A DNA stretch of 64,000 nucleotides from Cyanophora paradoxa CCMP329 (Eukaryota; Plantae; Glaucophyta). Shown here piece after piece: positions 58,193 to 64,000 of the stretch (position 1 is its first letter; each line of letters opens with the position of its first letter). The stretch covers positions 71,197 to 135,196 of the forward strand of contig QPMI01000412.1 of NCBI GenBank assembly GCA_004431415.1, given 5' to 3'. The position numbers and the translations under genes were made by a program. The notes beneath the pieces were generated by a model, which saw nothing but the letters and a program-made list of their open reading frames with translations, was not told the origin of the DNA and ran no database searches.

Positions 58193-59080
58193 ATGCTCGC
58201 CCTGCGCCATCTCTCCGTGGTTTGCGTCCCCGTCGCTCCCTGCCACGCGCGTGTTCTTCCTGACACGCTATTCCCCCTTCCTTAGGTCTCCGCGCGGCAC
58301 GCCGCCAGCAGCAAAACCGCATTCGCCGCTGCGGCGCGGCGCGCCGCCCACGTGGTGCCCAGTGAGTTAACGCGCATCGGGCGTCTCAACCATGTTGCGA
58401 TCGCCGTGCCGGAGCTGGCCGCCGCCTCTCGCATCTACCGCGACGTGCTCGGCGCCAAGGTCAGCGAGCCCCAGGTACGCATACGCGGGTTTGTATGCCG
58501 ATTTAATTGTTCATGGTCAATGTTCGGGGGTCTTCCACTCCGCGCCGCGCTGGTGGGACCGCGCCGCGCCATCGATTACGTCAGCGGCTGTCTAAGAGAT
58601 CTAGAGCGCGGCGCCCAGTTAACGCGCCTCCGCGCCGGCTTGTGATCTCTGTGCTGATGCATATGGCGGGCAGAGGCTGCCGGAGCACGGGGTGACGGTG
58701 GTGTTCATCGAGCTGGCGAACACCAAGTTCGAGCTGCTGGAGCCGCTGGGCGAGGAGAGCCCCATCGCCGCCTTCATGAAGAAGAACCCCTCCGGCGGCA
58801 TGCACCACGTCTGCCTCGAGGCCCGCCCCGCCCCTCCAGCGCTTCGCCGCCCCCCATAGGCCTACGTATACAGCTGCAGCTGCCCGCGCAGCGAGGCGCG
58901 CGCTGAGCTGGGGCTGGCGGGGCGCAGGTGAAGGACGTGAGAGCGGCGATCGAGCTGATGCAGGCGAGCGGGGTGCGGGTGCTGAACGTGGAGCCGAAGA
59001 TCGGGGCGCACGGCAAGCCCGTCACCTTCGTCCACCCCAAGGACATGAACGGCGTCCTCGTCGAGCTCGAGCAGGTCTAG
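58193..59080 (+). CDS. MCEE: Methylmalonyl-CoA epimerase with likely mitochondrial transit peptide, 4 exons
   Basis: GRLNHVAIAVP..YRDVLGAKVSEP, LPEHGVTVVF..NTKFELLEPLG..SPIAAF..KNPSGGMHHVCLE/V, KIGAHGKPVTFVHPKDMNGVLVELEQ. Confidence 0.95.
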
Positions 59081-59431
59081 GCCCGCCCCCGGCCCCCGGG
59101 CCCCCTGCCTCCCTCCCCGGCCCTGGGCGGCCCGCTAGCTCGATTTACCGCGCCCGGTACTCTTTTGGGTCGCAGCGGATCCCAGCTGCAGGCTCAGCGG
59201 CTAGCTGTAGGCCCGCTTCATCTTTGATCCCCTCCCGATCCTCTTCCGGATCCTTTTCGTTTCCGGACCGCGGCCGAGGCCATGGGCTCATGTACCTGAT
59301 CATGATCATGACCCAGTAGGTGCAGATGCCCACGTTGTAAACTATAGCCAGCTTCATGTGAGGTTATGATTAGGATGTGTATGTATACGTTGTACATGTG
59401 CGACACCTACAACAACGGCGGCCTCATCCGC

Positions 59432-60338
59432 ATGGCCAAGGTCGGCATGGCGCCCAGCCCATAGCAGCACCCCCGCCCCGCCCTCCTGCCCGCGCCCCGC
59501 CCCGCAATCTCCCCAAAGCCCCGCAGGCGCTTATCAGCGCTCCCGACTGGCGGGAATTTCTCCTCTGCCTCCTCGGTCCCCGCCGCGATGCGCGTCTCTC
59601 GACACGCCGCGGCGCGCGTCTCTAGACGCACCAGGGCTGGCGCGTCGTTCGACGCGAGGAGAGTACCCCCGGCCCCCCAAAGAAGCGTACCCCTCCCGGT
59701 CCCGTCCCCCGAATAGCACCTACACCCCCCGCCCCCACCGCCCCACTGACCCCTCCCCGGAACGCAATCCAGGCGCTCCACCTGGACCCCATCATCGAGA
59801 ACGGCGTCGTCCGCCACATCGTCATCCCGCCCCGCCCCGGCGCGGTCCCCTTCCTCCCGAACGTCGCCATCATCGGCCGCGAGATGGCGGTCCCGCCTGG
59901 GACCGTCTACGCCGACGAGATCGGGCTCCGGGCGGCGGCGGGCTCTGACGAGCTCGCCCACATCCACCGGGTCTACTACCCGGACGGCGTCGGCGGCCGC
60001 GTCTCCCGCCGCGTGGGGGCCACCGCCCACGCCCGCCACCTCAACGCCGTCTCCGCCGTCCTCCGCGGCGTCCCCATCGAGGAGGCCCTCAAGGAGGTGG
60101 CCTCCGAGGCCGCGCGCTCGCGCAAGCGCAAGGCGGCGGAGGCCGCGGCCGACGGGGCAGTCCCCGCAGCCGCCGCCCCCGCCCCCGCCCCGCCCCCGCC
60201 CGCGCCAACGCCGCGGCGAATGCCGGCGCGGCGGCCCGGCTCCTCGCCCTCCTCGAGCGCGACCCCGCCGCCATCGCGCGCTTCCCCGCCCTCCAGGCGG
60301 TCCTGGCGACCGTCGAGGACGACGCGGCCGCGGCGTAG
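59432..60338 (+). CDS. Hypothetical protein (5' exons uncertain)
   Basis: Coding-like exon LHLDPIIENGVVRHIVIPP...ELAHIHRVYYPDG...SRKRK; ends VLATVEDDAAAA*. Confidence 0.45.
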
Positions 60339-61506
60339 AGTCCCGGCTCCCTCCGGACGCTGAGTCTAGTGCGGAACTAGGCAGCCGGCCTTAGTGCTGA
60401 AACTAGGCAGCTGGCGGCGGCGCTCGGGCCGTGGCAGCTAGCTCACTTTTCCCTCCGAGACCCCTCTCCCCCACCCCCCCTCTTTCTCTTCCTCACTCTT
60501 TTCTCACGCCCAACCCGGCCGGAAGTGCCCTCCCCCCCCTCCCCCCTCCCCCCCCCCACAGGGCCACGAACAGCAGCCTCCAGCAGACCTCCCCACGCTC
60601 CGACTCCGTCACGTAGCTAGCAACGGCGTGGTAGCATGGTAGCAGAGCAATAGAGCAAGATAAGGTGCCCCCCCAGTCGATGTTCACGACGGGGCGGCGG
60701 CTGTTGTTCTTTTAATACGACCATTGCCCGGTTGGGCTTTTGCAAAAAAAACGTTGTACATGTGCTTGTCACTGTTTCACGAATATGATCACTAGCCAAA
60801 AAGATTGATTGAATCGATACTATGATATCCGGGCTCAGCGGCTCCGGGATCCGGAGCTCGAGAACACAAATTGATGCTCGATACTACTATGATATGGGCC
60901 CGGGGCCGGAGTCCGGATCCGGTGACCCCACGTTTAACGGTTGTGAGGCCCCGCCTGGGGCCTGCTGCATGCGCAACGTTAACTGGCACTGCGGCAATTA
61001 ATATTTATATATGCCGGGCGCCATATATGCATGATGATCATGATCACGAGCACTGATCATGCATATGCATATTGACTCACTGAGCTCGAGTCAGTGCCAC
61101 GGTGAACTCAGAATTCAGAACTGAGAATGAGCGGCTGAGGCGCTGAGGGTGCGATAATTGCGGAGGCCGCCGACTCCTCGGCATATGCATGCAAGCCGGA
61201 AACTTCATTTCGTGTGAAAAAACATTCAAAGCCCTAGAAACACGAAATCATATCGCTACCCTATCGTACAGCTACCTGCATGTTAGCTGATCGTGAGCCT
61301 GGCCGCTGCTGCCTCGGGCTTGCCGCTGTTCTCGTTCTCTCAGCCCAAGTACAGGTGAATCCTACACTAGTACGGCAACGGAAACGAAGACTCGCTGGGC
61401 CTATGGAAAATAGCTGTCCTACAGATCTGCGAGCGCTACGGATGCAGCATCTCGATGTCGACGGAAACGCTGGATGGGCTCGAGCAAGCTACCAACAGGT
61501 CCGGCA

Positions 61507-64000
61507 TTACGATCTAAAACTCAGTGACTGTGACTGCTGAACGGATACGGGGTCTCTCATGAGCAATGCAAGTATCGCCACTAGGGCAGGGGCATCTGGA
61601 AATCCCGAACGGAAGCGAGAGCTGTCACTGGTGCTACGGGGTTCTGAAAAGAACTGTGGGTCTGGCTCGGGTCCGGCAAGGGGGTATGTAACGCGGTCTA
61701 GCATCGACCGGCGGTCGCCACAGGCGGGCGGGGGAAGGGGCGCGGGGCCCACTTTTAGCGTCAGGCGTCCTCGAGGAAGTTCTGGATGAGGGGGAAGACG
61801 ATGGGAGAGGGGGCCTTGGCGTGGTTCGCGTCCTGCAGCCACCCCCGCACGAAGAACGTGTCCGCCGCCCGCTGCCGCACCGGCCCTCAGCCGCGGGGCC
61901 CCCGCGGCGAGGCGCGGGGGCGGGGCGGGGCGAGGGCACCGAGGCGGGCGGGGCGGAGAGGACGGTGATCTTGCGCTCGATGTCGGCGACCTCCGTCACG
62001 TGCTGGTACCGCGAGAGGAGGAGCTCGCCCTGCCAGCACGCTCGGCCCCGCCCCGGCGCCCCGCCCCGCGCCAGCTCGGGGGCCGCCCCGGCCCGGCGCA
62101 CCTCCTTGAGGGCGGCGGCCTGGGCGCGGTTGGGGCACTCGAAGCGCTGGAAGAACCAGCGAAGGAGGGCCCAGCGCTGGCCCTGCGGGGCCAGGGCCGC
62201 GGTGAGGGGCGGGGGGCGGGGTGGGGCGGGGCGGGCGGGGGGCGGGTACGCGGTGCTCGAAGAGGGCCTCGAGGAGGGCGTAGCCGGGGGAGAGCTCGCC
62301 GTCGTCCAGGTACTGCACCTGCACCGTGTCCCCCGTCTGGAACGTCCGCACCGTCCCCTTGCCCCCGGCGCCCTCCCCGGGCCCGCCCTCCACCCGCAGC
62401 GACACCGCGTCGTACGCCTGCGAGTCCTTGTACACCTGCACGCCCGTCAGGGGCGCTGGGGCGGGGCGGGGCGGGGCGGGGCGGGGCGGGGCGCGCGGTG
62501 ACGATGGCGCCCTCCTTGGAGATGGAGGTGACGTGCACGTCGCGGTTCGTCGGCTGCCCGACCCACTCCGACGCCCGCCTCGCCCCCCGCGCCCCGCTCC
62601 CCGCCGCCTCGGGCCCTGTGCCGTCCTCCTCGGCCGGCAGCGCCGGCGACGAGGCCGCCGACCCGGAGGAGCGCGACTCGCCCTCCCGCTCGGCCGGCCC
62701 GCTGTGCGACGACGACGAGGCCGCCGCCGAGCCGCCGCCGCCTCGGCCCGCCCGCGAGCTCGAGCGCGGGCGCGTCGCGTGCCCCCCTGACGAAGACCTG
62801 CGCCGAGCAACGCCGCCGCGTCACGCTGGGCGAGCAAGCAGCCGAGGAGGCCGGCGCGGGGAGGCACGAGGCGCTGAGGCGCTTGATGCCGCCGCCGCGC
62901 TTGCTCGCCGTCAGGTCGCGGTACGGCTCCAGGCTGATGCCGAGCTGCGGGGGGCGGCGGCGTGTAAGGAAGGTGGGCGGGGCGGGGGGCGGGCGGGGGC
63001 GGGGGGGCGCCTCCTGGGCGAGCTGGAGGAGGTCGGCCTTGGTGAGGCGGTCGACGTCCTTGCTGTACCTGCCCGCCCCCCCGCTCGCCCCCCGCCCCGC
63101 CCCGCCACCGCCCCCCGCCCGCCCCGCGCACCGCACGTGCTCCTGGATGCTCGGGTGCGTCCGGATCTCCCGCTTGAGGGCGTTCCGCAGGTCGCAGAAC
63201 TGTGTCGCCGGGTTCGTCACGATCCGCCCTGCGCCGCCCGCCCCGCCGTCGGCCCCCGGCCGGGCCCCGGCAGCGCCGGCGGCAGGAGCGGACCGTCGGG
63301 GCCGATGATGGGCTGGGGGGAGTCGCGGGGCGGGCGCGGGGCGCGGGACCGGGAGCGCCCCCGCGGGCGCTCTCGACGTACTCCTCGTCGCCCTCGTCGG
63401 GGCCCTCGGGAAGCGCCCCTCCCGTCCCCTCCTCGCTCCCCGCCCACCCCGCCCCCCTCCTCCGCCCCTCCTCCTCCTCCTCCTCGTCCGGCCGGGGCGC
63501 GGCGGCCGGCGCCGCGGCGCGGGGCGGGGCCGCGGCGGGGGCGGGGCCTCGGGGTCGGAGTGCGGGTCGGGGGCCCCGGGCTCGAGCTCCTCGCGGAGGG
63601 CGGCGAGCTCGGCCCGCAGCGCCTCCAGCCGCTCCTCCTCCACCACCGGCGCAGCCCCCACCGCCGCCCGCACCCGCTCCGCGCACGCCACGGCCGTCGC
63701 GTCTGCGGGGCCGCCTCGGGCGGGGCGGGGCGGGGCGGGGGCGGGGGCGGGTGCTGGGCGGACGCTGCGAGCAGGTGACGAGGCTCTCGCGCCCGTTGAG
63801 GACGACGCGGTAGAGGCGCTCCGCCGAGTCCCACTCCACCGTCGCCGCGCCCACCCCGTCCCCCTCCCGCTCCTCCCCCGCCGCGCGCCCCAGCCCCTCC
63901 TCCCGCTTCGGGCGCCTCTCGCCGGCCGACCGCCGCGCGCTCTTCCGCACTGCCGCGCCGGCGGAGAGCGGGCGGTCAGAGCTCGAGGGTCGCGCGGGAG
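61507..64000 (-). CDS. BAH-domain chromatin protein, 3' part (starts beyond the window end; stop uncertain)
   Basis: FQTGDTVQV..YALLEALFEH/GQRWALLRWF..GELLLSRY..EVADIERKITVL..TFFVRG fits the BAH pattern. Confidence 0.65.

Overview
Very GC-rich, gene-dense eukaryotic nuclear DNA. It is probably a flagellated alga or protist: plant-type BRCA1/BARD1 and clade-IVc bHLH features hint at Archaeplastida, possibly a glaucophyte, but this is inference only. About 18 intron-rich genes are split by 50-100 nt introns with GTGCG/GTCCG donors and an unusually high share of GC donors, so the ORF track is mostly misleading. Recognisable genes: TPR protein, SERINC, a very large GlmS-like amidotransferase, an ILR3-like bHLH, bacterial-type inositol 2-dehydrogenase, a BRCA1/BARD1-like protein, p31comet, two TSNAXIP1-domain genes, a DMT transporter, methylmalonyl-CoA epimerase and a partial BAH-domain gene. 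Highlights: (1) two clusters of box C/D snoRNAs in oversized introns of one gene (44.2-44.4 kb and 45.55-46.23 kb), with co-varying terminal stems and rRNA-complementary guides; (2) a GlmS-like enzyme whose Ntn cysteine sits behind an N-terminal HExxH M50-like membrane domain and whose isomerase residues are altered; (3) a RING-ePHD-BRCT protein carrying a GCN5-type acetyltransferase domain; (4) a 6.1-kb tandem duplication with a templated-insertion junction. Exon structures were deduced by hand and family assignments come from motif recognition, not database searches.
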